Shown piece by piece: positions 1 to 9,700 of a stretch of 32,000 bases of DNA. The notes beneath the pieces were generated by a model, which did no database searches, had not been told where the DNA came from, and worked only from the letters and a program-made list of their open reading frames with translations. Made by a program: the position numbers and the translations under genes. The stretch's first letter is position 1. Each line of letters starts with the position of its first letter. The stretch is from Amorphus coralli DSM 19760 (lineage in GTDB: Bacteria > Pseudomonadota > Alphaproteobacteria > Rhizobiales > Amorphaceae), in NCBI RefSeq assembly GCF_000374525.1, contig NZ_KB894577.1, positions 154,126 to 186,125 on the forward strand, in the 5' to 3' direction.

Positions 1-112
1 ACTGGCTGTAGAGCGCGACGACGATGACGCCCGCCACCAGGAGCGCCGCCGTACTCCAGATAACGGAAAGGAGAAAAAGACGGCGGGCGAGCGAATTAGG
101 ATAGGGCCGCAT
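1..112 (-). CDS. sensor histidine kinase, N-terminal fragment (runs off the window)
   Basis: ATG at 112-110 overlaps the response-regulator stop. Translation MRPYPNSLARRLFLLSVIWSTAALLVAGVIVVALYSQ is a basic stretch plus a TM helix, typical of a cognate kinase downstream of an OmpR-type regulator. Confidence 0.5.
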   Translation of the reverse strand, partial: MRPYPNSLARRLFLLSVIWSTAALLVAGVIVVALYSQ

Positions 113-788
113 CGTCCCCGGCACCTTCTCGCGGCTCTGCGATCCGATAGCCGAGACCGCGGATCGTCTCGATGATCGGCGCGCCGACCTTCTTGCGAAG
201 CCGGCCCACGAACACCTCGATCGTGTTGGAGTCGCGATCGAAATCCTGGTCGTAGAGGTGCTCGATCAGCTCGGTCCGCGAGACCACGCGGTCCTTGTGC
301 AGCATCAGATAGGCCAGCAGCCTGTATTCGTGCGAGGTGAGCTTCACCGTCTGACCGTCGACGGCGACCCGGCCGGAGCGGGTGTCAACCTCCACCGGCC
401 CGCAAGAAACGACATTGCTGGCGTGGCCGGCCGAGCGCCGCACCAGGGCGCGTAACCGCGCCAGCACCTCTTCCATGTGGAAGGGCTTGGCCACGTAGTC
501 GTCGGCGCCGGCGTCGATGCCGGCCACCTTGTCGCTCCAGCGATCGCGGGCTGTCAGAAGCAACACCGGCATGGTCCGCCCGTCGCGCCGCCAGCGCTCC
601 AGGACGGAGATCCCGTCCATCATCGGCAGGCCGATATCCAGCACCACCGCGTCGTAGGGCTCGGTGTCGCCGAGGAAATGGCCTTCCTCGCCGTCTTCCG
701 CCACGTCGACCACGTAGCCGGCATCGCCCAGCGCGCTCTTCAACTGGCGCAACAGATCCTGATCGTCCTCGACGACGAGTATCCGCAT
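96..788 (-). CDS. OmpR/PhoB-family two-component response regulator
   Basis: 230 aa. Receiver domain (MRILVVEDD...DAVVLDIGLPMMDG...KPF) plus winged-helix output (LTSHEYRLLAYLM...TIRGLGYR). Confidence 0.9.
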   Translation of the reverse strand: MRILVVEDDQDLLRQLKSALGDAGYVVDVAEDGEEGHFLGDTEPYDAVVLDIGLPMMDGISVLERWRRDGRTMPVLLLTARDRWSDKVAGIDAGADDYVAKPFHMEEVLARLRALVRRSAGHASNVVSCGPVEVDTRSGRVAVDGQTVKLTSHEYRLLAYLMLHKDRVVSRTELIEHLYDQDFDRDSNTIEVFVGRLRKKVGAPIIETIRGLGYRIAEPREGAGDDAALS

Positions 789-797
789 TAATCGTCC

Positions 798-1076
798 CTA
801 CTGCCTGGCGCCCGAGCGCGCGTCGAACGTCACCCGCTCCACCTGGCCGCCCGGCATCAAGACCGTCGCCACGTAGACGAGGCGGCCGCCCTGGTCGCAC
901 AGATCGAGGCGCAGGAGTTCGCCCTGCACCTGCCCCTGGACGGTGGCGGGTCGCACCGCCGCGCCGCTCTGCACCGCCTGGCGCTGCTGATCCGGCGACA
1001 GGCAGGCCGCGGCGGCCGCCTGGGGGGCAGCCGCAAGCAGAAGCAGGGCGAGAAGAAGGGTGCGGGTTCGTGTCAT
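798..1076 (-). CDS. small periplasmic PepSY-like protein
   Basis: 92 aa with a signal peptide (LLLALLLLAAAPQAAAAA), lying 10 nt upstream of the response regulator. This is the PepSY-RR-HK arrangement common in alphaproteobacteria; the domain call is from recall. Confidence 0.6.
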   Translation of the reverse strand: MTRTRTLLLALLLLAAAPQAAAAACLSPDQQRQAVQSGAAVRPATVQGQVQGELLRLDLCDQGGRLVYVATVLMPGGQVERVTFDARSGARQ

Positions 1077-1221
1077 GGTGGGATCGGTCTACAGCGGCGG
1101 ATCTGAACCTGCCATGAACGACCGGCGCTTGTCGCCCTCCGTTAACGCCGCCGTCCGCTCCGGCTTGACCCCGGAGCGAGAGCCGGGTTGGTTGGGCGCG
1201 CCCGCTCCAGAGGATGATGCC

Positions 1222-1938
1222 ATGGCCACCCCCGAGAACGTCGAGTTCCTGATCGGAGTCGAGACCGAGGTCGAGCACGCGCGTGCGCGGGTCGGCGCCA
1301 CCGCCCAGGTCGACGGGCGATTCGAAGGCGAGATCGAAGCCGGGCATCTGGTGATCGGAAAGGCTGGCAGCGTCACCGGCACGGCCAGGACCGAGACCGC
1401 CGAAATTCACGGCGCCTTCCGCGGCACCATCGAGGTCGCCGGGCTCCTCACGGTTCGCTCCAGCGGTCTCGTGGAGGGTGAGATTTCCTACGGGTCGCTC
1501 GCCATCGACAGCGGCGGCCAGCTTGTCGGCGCGCTCACTCAGGCCGAGCCCGGCGACACCGAGGCGCGGGAACAGGCACCGTCTCCCGCCCCTGCAGTCG
1601 TCCGGGAGGTTGAAGCCATCGCCGAGGTCGAGACCGAGGCCGACCCCGAGCCCCTTGCCGACGCCCTTCCCGAGGCCGAGCCTGACGAGGACTGGACCAT
1701 CGAGCCCGATGCGGCCGTGGAGACCGCCGCGCCCGCCGAGCCGGCCGCTGAACCGGCGCCCGCCGCCGAGAAGAAGAAGGCCCCGTCTCGTGCCCCGAAG
1801 GCCTCGAAGGCAGCGCCGTCCGGGCGTGCAGCGGCGGCAAAGTCCAGCACCGGCGCAAAGGCATCGGCGGCAAAAACCACGTCCCGCAAGACCGGCGGCA
1901 AGACGGCTGGGTCGCGCAAGACCACGGACGATATCTGA
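1222..1938 (+). CDS. bactofilin (DUF583 polymer-forming cytoskeletal protein) with a long acidic then Lys/Ala/Ser-rich tail
   Basis: ATG at 1222 is preceded by AGAGGA. The beta-helical repeat core (GATAQVDGRFEGEIEAGHLVIGKAGSVTGTARTETAEIHGAFRGTIEVAGLLTVRSSGLVEGEISYGSLAIDSGGQLVG) is the bactofilin signature. Confidence 0.8.
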   Translation: MATPENVEFLIGVETEVEHARARVGATAQVDGRFEGEIEAGHLVIGKAGSVTGTARTETAEIHGAFRGTIEVAGLLTVRSSGLVEGEISYGSLAIDSGGQLVGALTQAEPGDTEAREQAPSPAPAVVREVEAIAEVETEADPEPLADALPEAEPDEDWTIEPDAAVETAAPAEPAAEPAPAAEKKKAPSRAPKASKAAPSGRAAAAKSSTGAKASAAKTTSRKTGGKTAGSRKTTDDI

Positions 1939-2062
1939 TTTTTCTGCGCTCTCGCACGATCCGAAGCCGAACCGCGCGCCGTTCCGCGCGTTTCAGTTGC
2001 GCCGATGCGCGTATCTGACGGTGGAATGATCCGCCAGTTGATAGGATCGGCCTCGATCCCGG

Positions 2063-3154
2063 ATGGTTGCCGAAGTCGTCGGCCCTCCCAATCAGCGTGA
2101 GCGCATGAAAACCGCCGTCATCGGGATCTTTCTGATCCTCCTCGTGGGTGTTCTCTATTTCGGCAAGGGCCTTCTGCTGCCGGTCACTCTCGCCTTCCTT
2201 TTCGCGCTCGTGCTCTTGCCCATCGTGCGGGTCCTGAGACGACGCGGCATCCCGGAGGGGATCACGGCGGTGGCGCTCGTGCTGATCCTCGGTGTCGGCG
2301 TCGGCACCGCCGCCTACACGCTCAGCGGTCCGGTGACCGAGTGGATCAAGTCGGCGCCCCAGGTCCGCTCGGAAATCAGCTTCAAGCTTCGCAACCTGCA
2401 GAAGTCGGTGGACGATTTCCGCGAGGCGCAGGAACAGATCAACGACGCCATCCAGCAGCCGGCCGACGGCTCCACCCAGGAGGTCGTCATCCGCGATCCC
2501 GGGCTGCTCGACGCCGCCGCCAGCAACGCCTCGCAGGTGGTTGCTGGCGCCGGCCTGACCTTCATCCTGCTGGTGTTCCTGCTGTCCTCGGGCGACATGC
2601 TCCAGGAGAAGCTGGTTCGGGTTCTGCCAACCCTCACCGACAAGAAGCACGGTCTGGCCATCGCCAAGGAGATCGAGCGATCGATCTCCACCTATCTCTT
2701 CACTATTTCCCTGATCAACGCTGGCCTGGGGGCAGTTATTGCCGCCGGCATGTTCGCCATCGGCATGCCGAACCCGGTCCTCTGGGGCGTCGCTGCCGCG
2801 CTCCTGAATTTCGTCCCCTATCTCGGCGCAATCGTGGGTGTGGCCGCCGTCGCCCTGATCGCGCTGATCTCCTTCCCAACCCTCGGGCACGCTTCACTGG
2901 CGCCCATCATCTATTTCGCCTGCACGACCATCGAGGGTCAGTTCGTGACGCCGATGCTGGTGGGGCGACGGCTGCAGATCAATACGGTCGCCGTGCTGCT
3001 CGCCGTTGCCTTCTGGGGCTTCATCTGGGGATTTATCGGGATTCTGATCGCCGTTCCGCTGTTGGTCGTGACGAAGGTCTTCGCCAGCCGCATCGAGTCC
3101 CTCTCCGGCCTGAACGAGTTCCTCAGCACCCGCGGCGACCTGGAACGGTCCTGA
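2063..3154 (+). CDS. AI-2E family transporter (PerM/UPF0118)
   Basis: 363 aa polytopic membrane protein with AI-2E-like helices (NFVPYLGAIVG, GILIAVPL). Alternative start at ATG 2105. Confidence 0.85.
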   Translation: MVAEVVGPPNQRERMKTAVIGIFLILLVGVLYFGKGLLLPVTLAFLFALVLLPIVRVLRRRGIPEGITAVALVLILGVGVGTAAYTLSGPVTEWIKSAPQVRSEISFKLRNLQKSVDDFREAQEQINDAIQQPADGSTQEVVIRDPGLLDAAASNASQVVAGAGLTFILLVFLLSSGDMLQEKLVRVLPTLTDKKHGLAIAKEIERSISTYLFTISLINAGLGAVIAAGMFAIGMPNPVLWGVAAALLNFVPYLGAIVGVAAVALIALISFPTLGHASLAPIIYFACTTIEGQFVTPMLVGRRLQINTVAVLLAVAFWGFIWGFIGILIAVPLLVVTKVFASRIESLSGLNEFLSTRGDLERS

Positions 3155-3156
3155 AC

Positions 3157-3177
3157 TGTCCGCAAAAGCGGACATTT
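3157..3177 (+). terminator. weak stem-loop after the transporter gene
   Basis: TGTCCGC-AAAA-GCGGACA followed by only TTT. Confidence 0.3.
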
Positions 3178-3298
3178 GCCGGGCCGAAATGCCGGTTTCA
3201 GTTGCAACGGGCGTCCCGAGTCGGTTTCTTGGGCGCGGGGGGTTGGGGACCTCAGTCGGATCCAACCTCGTCGTGTAGATTCCGACCGGGAGGACACC

Positions 3299-3754
3299 AT
3301 GTCCAAAACCAGACTGTTCGTCGCCGTGCTGTCGGCCGCTTTCGTCGCCCTGATGATGGCGCCGCCGAAGGCCTCGGCCCAGACGATGGGTTATGCCGAC
3401 GCCATCAAGATCCTCGCCCAGAGCTGCGGCGCCGACATCAACAAGTACTGCCCCAAGGCGAACATCGGTAACTTCGGCATCCAGAAGTGCCTGCAGGCCA
3501 ACTCCTCCAAGATCACGCCGCAGTGCAAGACCGACTACGTCCGCGTCTACGAGCTCATCCGGCTGCGCCACGAGGCCCAGCAGGCCGTCTTCCAGATCTG
3601 CTCGCGCGACTCCGCGCAGCTCTGCAGCGTGCACAGCAATGTCCGCACGCAGAACTTCGCCGGCAAGGTTCCGGTCCTGCGCTGCCTGCTGAAGGCCGAA
3701 CGCTCCGTCGGCAATAAGTGCAACCAGGCCATCACCGACGCCGGCTATCGCTGA
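3299..3754 (+). CDS. secreted cysteine-rich protein, function unknown
   Basis: ATG 3299 is preceded by GGGAGGA. Signal peptide MSKTRLFVAVLSAAFVALMMAPPKASA; repeated C-x-n-C pattern (INKYC, IQKC, TPQC, FQIC, AQLC, LRC, NKC). Confidence 0.7.
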   Translation: MSKTRLFVAVLSAAFVALMMAPPKASAQTMGYADAIKILAQSCGADINKYCPKANIGNFGIQKCLQANSSKITPQCKTDYVRVYELIRLRHEAQQAVFQICSRDSAQLCSVHSNVRTQNFAGKVPVLRCLLKAERSVGNKCNQAITDAGYR

Positions 3755-3789
3755 GCCAGCCAGATCCGAAAACGAGCCGAGTAGATCCC

Positions 3790-4368
3790 ATGAAAAGACT
3801 GATCCTCGCCGCGGCCGCACTGGCGGTTCTGTCGCTGCCGGCCTCCGCCCAGACCCCGCTCACGCGGAACGAAATCATCAACAACCTGCAGAACGTCGAG
3901 GTGCATCGCACGCAGATCACCGCCGAGGAACTGCGTCAGCAGGCGCTCGACAACATCCGGCTGCATCCGGGTGACGACGCCACCACCGACCTGCCGGCCG
4001 AGTCCGAACTCGCGAGGCTCCGCCAGTTCATCGTCGAGATCACCTTCGACTTCGATTCCTCCCGCATCCGGCCGGAATCCTACGAGTCGCTGGGTCTCAT
4101 TGCCGACGCCCTGCACACCGTCTATCTCGGCGGCGACCGCTTCCTGGTGATCGGCCACACCGATGCCAAGGGCGCTCGCGAGTACAATCTGAAGCTCAGC
4201 CAGCGCCGCGCCGACGCCATCGTCGAGGCCCTGACGACGACCTTCAACGTGCCGGCCAACATGGTCGTGCCAGTCGGCCTCGGCGAGGAAGACCTGCGCG
4301 ATCCGGCCAACCCGTACAGCGAGGTCAACCGCCGGGTGCAGCTGATCAACCTGGGTCCGGCCCAGTAG
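3790..4368 (+). CDS. OmpA-family peptidoglycan-associated protein
   Basis: Signal peptide plus a C-terminal OmpA_C motif (FDFDSSRIRPES...IGHTDAKGAREYNLKLSQRRADAIVEAL...NRRVQL). Confidence 0.85.
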   Translation: MKRLILAAAALAVLSLPASAQTPLTRNEIINNLQNVEVHRTQITAEELRQQALDNIRLHPGDDATTDLPAESELARLRQFIVEITFDFDSSRIRPESYESLGLIADALHTVYLGGDRFLVIGHTDAKGAREYNLKLSQRRADAIVEALTTTFNVPANMVVPVGLGEEDLRDPANPYSEVNRRVQLINLGPAQ

Positions 4369-4393
4369 GCAGCGGCCTCGGAACGCGACTGTC

Positions 4394-4429
4394 GGGAACG
4401 GGCGGGGATCTCCCCGCCCGTTCCTTTTT
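4394..4429 (+). terminator. rho-independent terminator
   Basis: GGGAACGGGCGGGGA-TC-TCCCCGCCCGTTCC followed by TTTTT. Confidence 0.8.
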
Positions 4430-4449
4430 GGGGCGGGTCGGCACGTCCC

Positions 4450-4728
4450 TCAGCGCAGCGCCGTGTCGCGGAGCCCGTAGAAGGCGCGCAGCCCGGAATG
4501 GCGACGTTTGCAGGTTGTCAGCGCCGCCCGATCGCGCGCCCAGACCGTCACCACCGTTGCCTGGTCGAGATCCGCCAGGCCGGCAAGCGTGACCGGGTCG
4601 TCACAGACGCGGGTGAGGCCCGCCGGTGGATCCGCCAGGCTCGGGCGAACCGCTGAGCCGGTCGAGGAGGCGCAGCCCGTCAGCGCCAAGGCCGCAAGCA
4701 TCGCCATCGGAAAGGTCGCGCGCGTCAT
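4450..4728 (-). CDS. o-spanin-like outer-membrane lipoprotein (Rz1-like)
   Basis: ATG 4728 is preceded by GGAGA. Lipobox LALTGC; short Pro-containing periplasmic protein with conserved Cys residues. The start lies inside the 3' end of the preceding ORF in another frame (overlapped spanin architecture). Confidence 0.55.
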   Translation of the reverse strand: MTRATFPMAMLAALALTGCASSTGSAVRPSLADPPAGLTRVCDDPVTLAGLADLDQATVVTVWARDRAALTTCKRRHSGLRAFYGLRDTALR

Positions 4729-5002
4729 CGGCAATCTCCATGAGAAGGGTTTTCAGGCGCGCGTTTTCCTCGGCCAGCGCCGAGACGATCTCCGCACCGC
4801 TGGCGAGGGCGAGCTGGTTGGCGCGGGCCTGCCGCAGGCGCTCTGTCGAGGCAGCCGTCCGGAATTCCGCCTCGCACGCCGCACGGCCGCGTTCGAAGGC
4901 CAGGTCGATGGCCCGCCAGGCCAGCGCGGCCGCGGCGGCAAGGACAACACCCTGCCACTTCACCTTCCCGACCAGCGTCAGGACGGCGGCAAGAACGGCC
5001 AT
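4601..5002 (-). CDS. i-spanin-like protein (Rz-like): N-terminal TM plus coiled coil
   Basis: The ATG shares 1 nt with the endolysin stop (TGATG). N-terminal hydrophobic segment, then a helical Ala/Glu/Arg-rich region (ERLRQARANQLALASGAEIVSALAEENARLKTLLMEI). Confidence 0.5.
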   Translation of the reverse strand: MAVLAAVLTLVGKVKWQGVVLAAAAALAWRAIDLAFERGRAACEAEFRTAASTERLRQARANQLALASGAEIVSALAEENARLKTLLMEIADDARDLSDGDACGLGADGLRLLDRLSGSPEPGGSTGGPHPRL

Positions 5003-6063
5003 CACGGGGCACCCCCGAGCCAGCCGGGCAACGCGCCTGCCCGCTTCAGCATCCGCCAGGCCTGCAGGCCCAGAAGAAGCGCCACCGCGAGGCCCAGCAC
5101 GCCGTAGAGCGCCGTTCCAGGGGAAAACACGGCCTGGCCGTGGCGCGCCGCCTCCGCCGCCTGCTCCACACCCTGGCCGACCAGGCCGGCCCCGGCGAGC
5201 GCCCCCGATCCGCCTGTCACCGCCGCCTGGCGGGTGGCGGCGGCCTGCTCGGTCTCCTCTCCGGGAGAGGCAGAGACCCCTGCCACTTCGAGATCCGCGC
5301 GTGCCATGTCCGCGCCGGCCGGCTCGCCGCGTCGCTGCGCCGCAACCATCGCGTCGATGGCGGTACGCGTCCGCGGCCCCAGAACGCCGTCGATTGCCAG
5401 CCCGTTCTGGCGCTGCACCACCCGCACGACAAAGACGGTGCGCGCGTCCACCAGCCCGTTCACCGGCACCACGTAGCCGAGGCGGGCAAGCTTGGCCTGG
5501 ACATCCCGCACGACGGCGCCTTCATGGCCGGCGCGCAGGATCGCTTCATCGGGATCCCGCGCCCCGGGTGACCGCTGGGCGGGAACCGGCCTCGCCGCCG
5601 GGTACGCCTTCCAGGGCAGTTGCCAATGGGGATAGTCCCGGAAGCGCTGCCAGTCGCCACCCCACTCCACCGGCACGCCAAGCTCCCGCGCGGCCGTCTT
5701 CACCGCCATTTCCAGCCGGCGCCAGGCATCCGCACCCTGCGGCGACGCCGGGTTCGCCCAATGGTCGGTTCCGTCGATGGTGCCGTCGCCATCCACGTCG
5801 AAGGCCAGCACCAGGTCGACCGCATGACCGACACCGTTGGCCGCCTTCAGATGCCGGGAGTTCATGGTTCGCGACACGCCCCGGCGCACATAGTCGCGCT
5901 GGCGGGCGACACTTCTGACGCCTTCGAAGACGCGAAACGGCACGGGTGTCAGCATGGCCGCGCGCGCCACCACGCGCACCAGGTCCGGATGCACGCCGGC
6001 AAGCGCCGCGCGGTCGCGCGACGTGAGGGTCATCGACATCAGCTCGTCTCCGGTATCGGTCAT
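5002..6063 (-). CDS. endolysin: peptidase M15 (VanY / L-Ala-D-Glu peptidase-like) + PG_binding_1 domain + C-terminal TM helix
   Basis: M15 motifs SRHL...GHAVDL and WGGDW...DYPHWQL. PG-binding repeat VRDVQAKLARLGY...GLAIDGVLGPRTRTAI. C-terminal helix ALYGVLGLAVALLLGLQAW. An alternative start at 6039 has a better SD. Confidence 0.8.
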   Translation of the reverse strand: MTDTGDELMSMTLTSRDRAALAGVHPDLVRVVARAAMLTPVPFRVFEGVRSVARQRDYVRRGVSRTMNSRHLKAANGVGHAVDLVLAFDVDGDGTIDGTDHWANPASPQGADAWRRLEMAVKTAARELGVPVEWGGDWQRFRDYPHWQLPWKAYPAARPVPAQRSPGARDPDEAILRAGHEGAVVRDVQAKLARLGYVVPVNGLVDARTVFVVRVVQRQNGLAIDGVLGPRTRTAIDAMVAAQRRGEPAGADMARADLEVAGVSASPGEETEQAAATRQAAVTGGSGALAGAGLVGQGVEQAAEAARHGQAVFSPGTALYGVLGLAVALLLGLQAWRMLKRAGALPGWLGGAP

Positions 6064-6470
6064 AAATCGCGGGATCTGGTCGGGCGGGCTCGATCGCCCG
6101 CGTCATCGGCGCCGCTGCGTCCCAGCAGGCTGTCGCGCCCCAAAAGGCCGCCGGGATCCGGCTCGCATTTCACCAATCTGTGGTAGAGTAATGCTATCTA
6201 CGGCTTGCCTTCTCCCGTCGGCCCGGTGCGAAGCCCCTGGGTCACGACGCGAACCGCGGGCCCACGCCTGCTGTGCAGGCGCGGCGGCAGCCGCCGGGCG
6301 AGCGCGGTTGGTTGTCCGGCGGGCGGGGCCGGCAGCGGATCTAGCCGTCCGGCCGACGGTCGGCGGCAGGATCTCGGACGGACTGACGGGAGAGATTGGA
6401 CAAGGTTGCTGTCGGCTCGAGCGTCGGGGCCAGTTGCCCGACGGCCGAGTTCTTGGGGTGGGGAAAGGTC

Positions 6471-6671
6471 GTGCCACGCTTTCAGGTTGGGCTCTTCGGG
6501 GGAACCCTAAAGATCAAGACGCGCGGATGGCTGCAGAGCTACGAGCGCAACGGCGAAGTGCCCGTACGGCGCATCGGGAACTGGTATTTCGTCTGGATGT
6601 CGAACCGTAACTTCGTGAGGTTCAGCATGGACGGGAAGCATCGAAGCCGCATGAAGCGGATCTACTACTAG
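6471..6671 (+). CDS. small hypothetical protein, possibly excisionase/AlpA-like HTH
   Basis: GTG 6471 follows GGGGAAAGG and GC3 is high. The segment NGEVPVRRIGNWYFV resembles the 'G-x-l-P-x-x-k-i-G-r-x-w-r-f' wing of HTH_17 proteins. This is a weak call. Confidence 0.3.
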   Translation: MPRFQVGLFGGTLKIKTRGWLQSYERNGEVPVRRIGNWYFVWMSNRNFVRFSMDGKHRSRMKRIYY

Positions 6672-6714
6672 CAGCGCCGTCCCACGGCGCGTCCCCCTGC
6701 CCGCCGGTGCGATA

Positions 6715-9700
6715 TCAAGCCGTGAGCGTCGCCTGTAGCGGAACGTCCGCGCCGATACCGCTGGCAAGCTGGGCGATGCGCACATCCACCGACCCCGGCA
6801 CGCTGCCGAAGTCGGCAACCTGCTCCGCCGCGGTATAGGCGTACGAAGGCATGACGGTTTCCACCGTCCGCACGACCTCCCCGCCGTCCAGGATCTCCAG
6901 CCGGTAGCGTTCCGCCGTCTCGCCAAGCGGAACGTCCTCGCCCATCCAGTCGTCGCCGCCGATGCGCGTGCGCCGGATCCAGGTGAGCACCAGGGCGCCA
7001 TCCGCCCGGCGCCGCCCACGCGCATGCACCGGGCTGAGCGGCAACAGCCCCCGGGCCGAGGCCGCATGGTTCGTCTGGACCACCGCGGTCCCCGCGATGC
7101 CGCCCTGCGGCGGACCGATCCGGTAAATCCGCTTAAGCCCGACTGCCGACCGGTCCAGCGGCAACCGGGTCACCGCCTCCGAGAGAAGGACAACCCGCGA
7201 TCCCGCCGGATGGCCGGCCACCATGACGTCCTCGGTTCCGAGCTGCCCCCGCAGCAGCCGGCTCAACCGATAGCGCCGCTCGCCGACCAGTTCGGCGTGC
7301 GCGAACTGCACGATTTCCCAGTCGCCACCCGCTGCCTCCACCGCGAGCGCGTTCGCCCCGGCCAGCACATCGAGATCGGCGCGGCCTTCCAGCCGTCCAC
7401 CGGCAAGTTCCAGGAGGATCGCGTTGGCGCGGTCCCATCGGCCGAGCGGTCCCACGGCGACCGCCTCGACGAGCCGCCCCAAAATTGCCGGTCCGGTGAT
7501 GGAAGCCACCGGCTCGTAGGCTTCGCCGGTGACGCTCCGCCACACCGTCTCCGATCCCGGCCAGGGCGCGGCAAAGGCCGCCACGTAGGGTCGGTGGTCG
7601 TCGCCCTCGACGAGCCGCGGCAGATCGAGGAAGACCACCTCTGCCGGCCCGAAGCTCGCCGCGGCCGCCGGCGTCCGACCGACACCGATGGCAGCGGCCG
7701 GCCGGTAGACATTCTCCGCCTGGCTGCGCGCCTCCATGCGCCGATGCGCGCCATCCTCGATCTCCTCCAGCGTCAGGATCTGGCGTCCCGCCCGGCTCGT
7801 CAGCGCCACCACGTCGCCCGGCTCCAGCGCGATCCGGCTCGGCGGCAGGGCGAACGAGGCCCGCGTCCGTTCCGCCCAGCGCGCATGCAGCCGACGCTCC
7901 GCCGCCTGCCCCGCAAGCCCGTCCCACAGCGCCGCCGGCAGCGACATGTCCACCACCTGCCGGCTCGCCCCGACCAGACGCCGCGACGAAGCGGCAGAAG
8001 CGCCGAAATCCTTCAGCGTGTCGCGGTAGCCAAGGCGCAGCTCGATGGGCAGTTCGCTCGCCTCTTCGCGCACCACCGAGGACAGCACCCCCTCGCCTCC
8101 CGGTTCGTCGACCAGGTCAGCCTCGCCGATCTCGGCGGCAAGCCGTGCCGCCCGGTCGGCGAAGCGGACATGGGTTCCGGCGTCGATCCCGATGTAGCCG
8201 AATGCCTCGCCGAGCGGGGCCAGCACCGCACGCAGATCGCTCGGCCGCTCGATGGAAATGCCGTCGATGACCGTGTCCAGCCCGATGATCTCCGGCTCCG
8301 GCAGTCCCCAGTCGGCGAAAAGCGCCCGCACCAGCGCAGCCAGGCTGGTGCCACCGAACCGGCCGTTGAGCCAGTGGCCGCGCTGCCAGTTCGGCCCATC
8401 CGACCAGGCGTCCTCGCGCTGGGGAAAGGCGGGAAAAGGCCGCGCATCCCAGGTCCAGGCGTGGATGCCGTCGGCCGTCACCATCCGCCAGCCCTCGCCC
8501 GGATGGGACGGGTTCACCGCCCCGTCCGACCCGAACGCCGCATCGAACGCCCCGATGAGCGCTTCCAGGTAGCGCCGTTGCACGGCATCGTCGCGCCCGC
8601 CGCTGGAGAAATGCGGAAAGAAGGATTCCGACGACTTCGGATCGTAGAAGACGTTCGGCTGGTTGGCGCCGCGGTCGATGGCCGGGCAGCCGGCCTCGGT
8701 GAACCAGACCGGCTTCATCGCCGGCGTCCAGCCCGTCGGCCCGCCCGCCTCCGCGCCGCCCGGCCGGTTCACGTGGACGTTCGACCACCAGCCGGCCAGG
8801 TCCTTATAGCGGAACACCCAGGGCTTGCCGTGCGCCCCGTCGGTGATCGGCGTGCGCACCTGTGCCGTCCGGTCGGCCTCGCTGGCATAGAACCAGTCGT
8901 AACCCTCGCCGCCCGCCACGTTCGCTGAGAGATAGGCAAGATCCGCCGGCCCGGTCGCGATATCGGCGTCCAGATGCTCGCCGTCGCGCCAGTCCGACAG
9001 CGGCCAGTAGAGGTCGATCCCGACGAAATCGACGGACGGCCGCGCCCACAGCGGATCGAGATGGAAGTGGACGTCGCCCGTCCCGTCCGCCGGCTGATGG
9101 CCGAAGAATTCCGACCAGTCGGCGGCATAGGAGATCTTCGTCTCGGCCCTCAGCACGCCGCGCACGTCGTCGGCGAGCGTGCACAGCCCGTCGACGAACG
9201 GGTAGGACGACGGCGCCGACCGTGTCCAGGTGAGGCCACGCAGCTCCGATCCAATGAGGAACGCATCGACCCCTCCCGCCGCCTCGCAGAGATGCGCGTA
9301 GTGCAGGATCATCCGCCTGAGCGACCACTCGTCCGGTCCGGAATAGGCAATCGACCCGTCCACCTCTGCAAAATCCGCAGCCTGCGCCGACCCGAGGATC
9401 GTCGCCACCTGGCCCGTCGCCGCGCCCGTCTTGTCGGGCGATCCGGGTTGGCCGGGGGCCGGGAACACGCTGATGCGCCCACGCCAGGGATGCGGCGCCT
9501 GTTCCGCTCCGCCATAGGGGTCCGGCAGTCCGTTGCCGGCCGGAATGTCCATGAGCACGAACGGATAGAACACCACCTTCAGCCCGCGCGCCCGAATGTG
9601 CTGGATCGCCGCCATCACGCTCGCGTCGGATGGCGTCCCGCCATAGGCCGGCCGCCCGTCGACCTGCGAGGTCAGCCGCGCTTCACCCCGCTCCAGCCCG

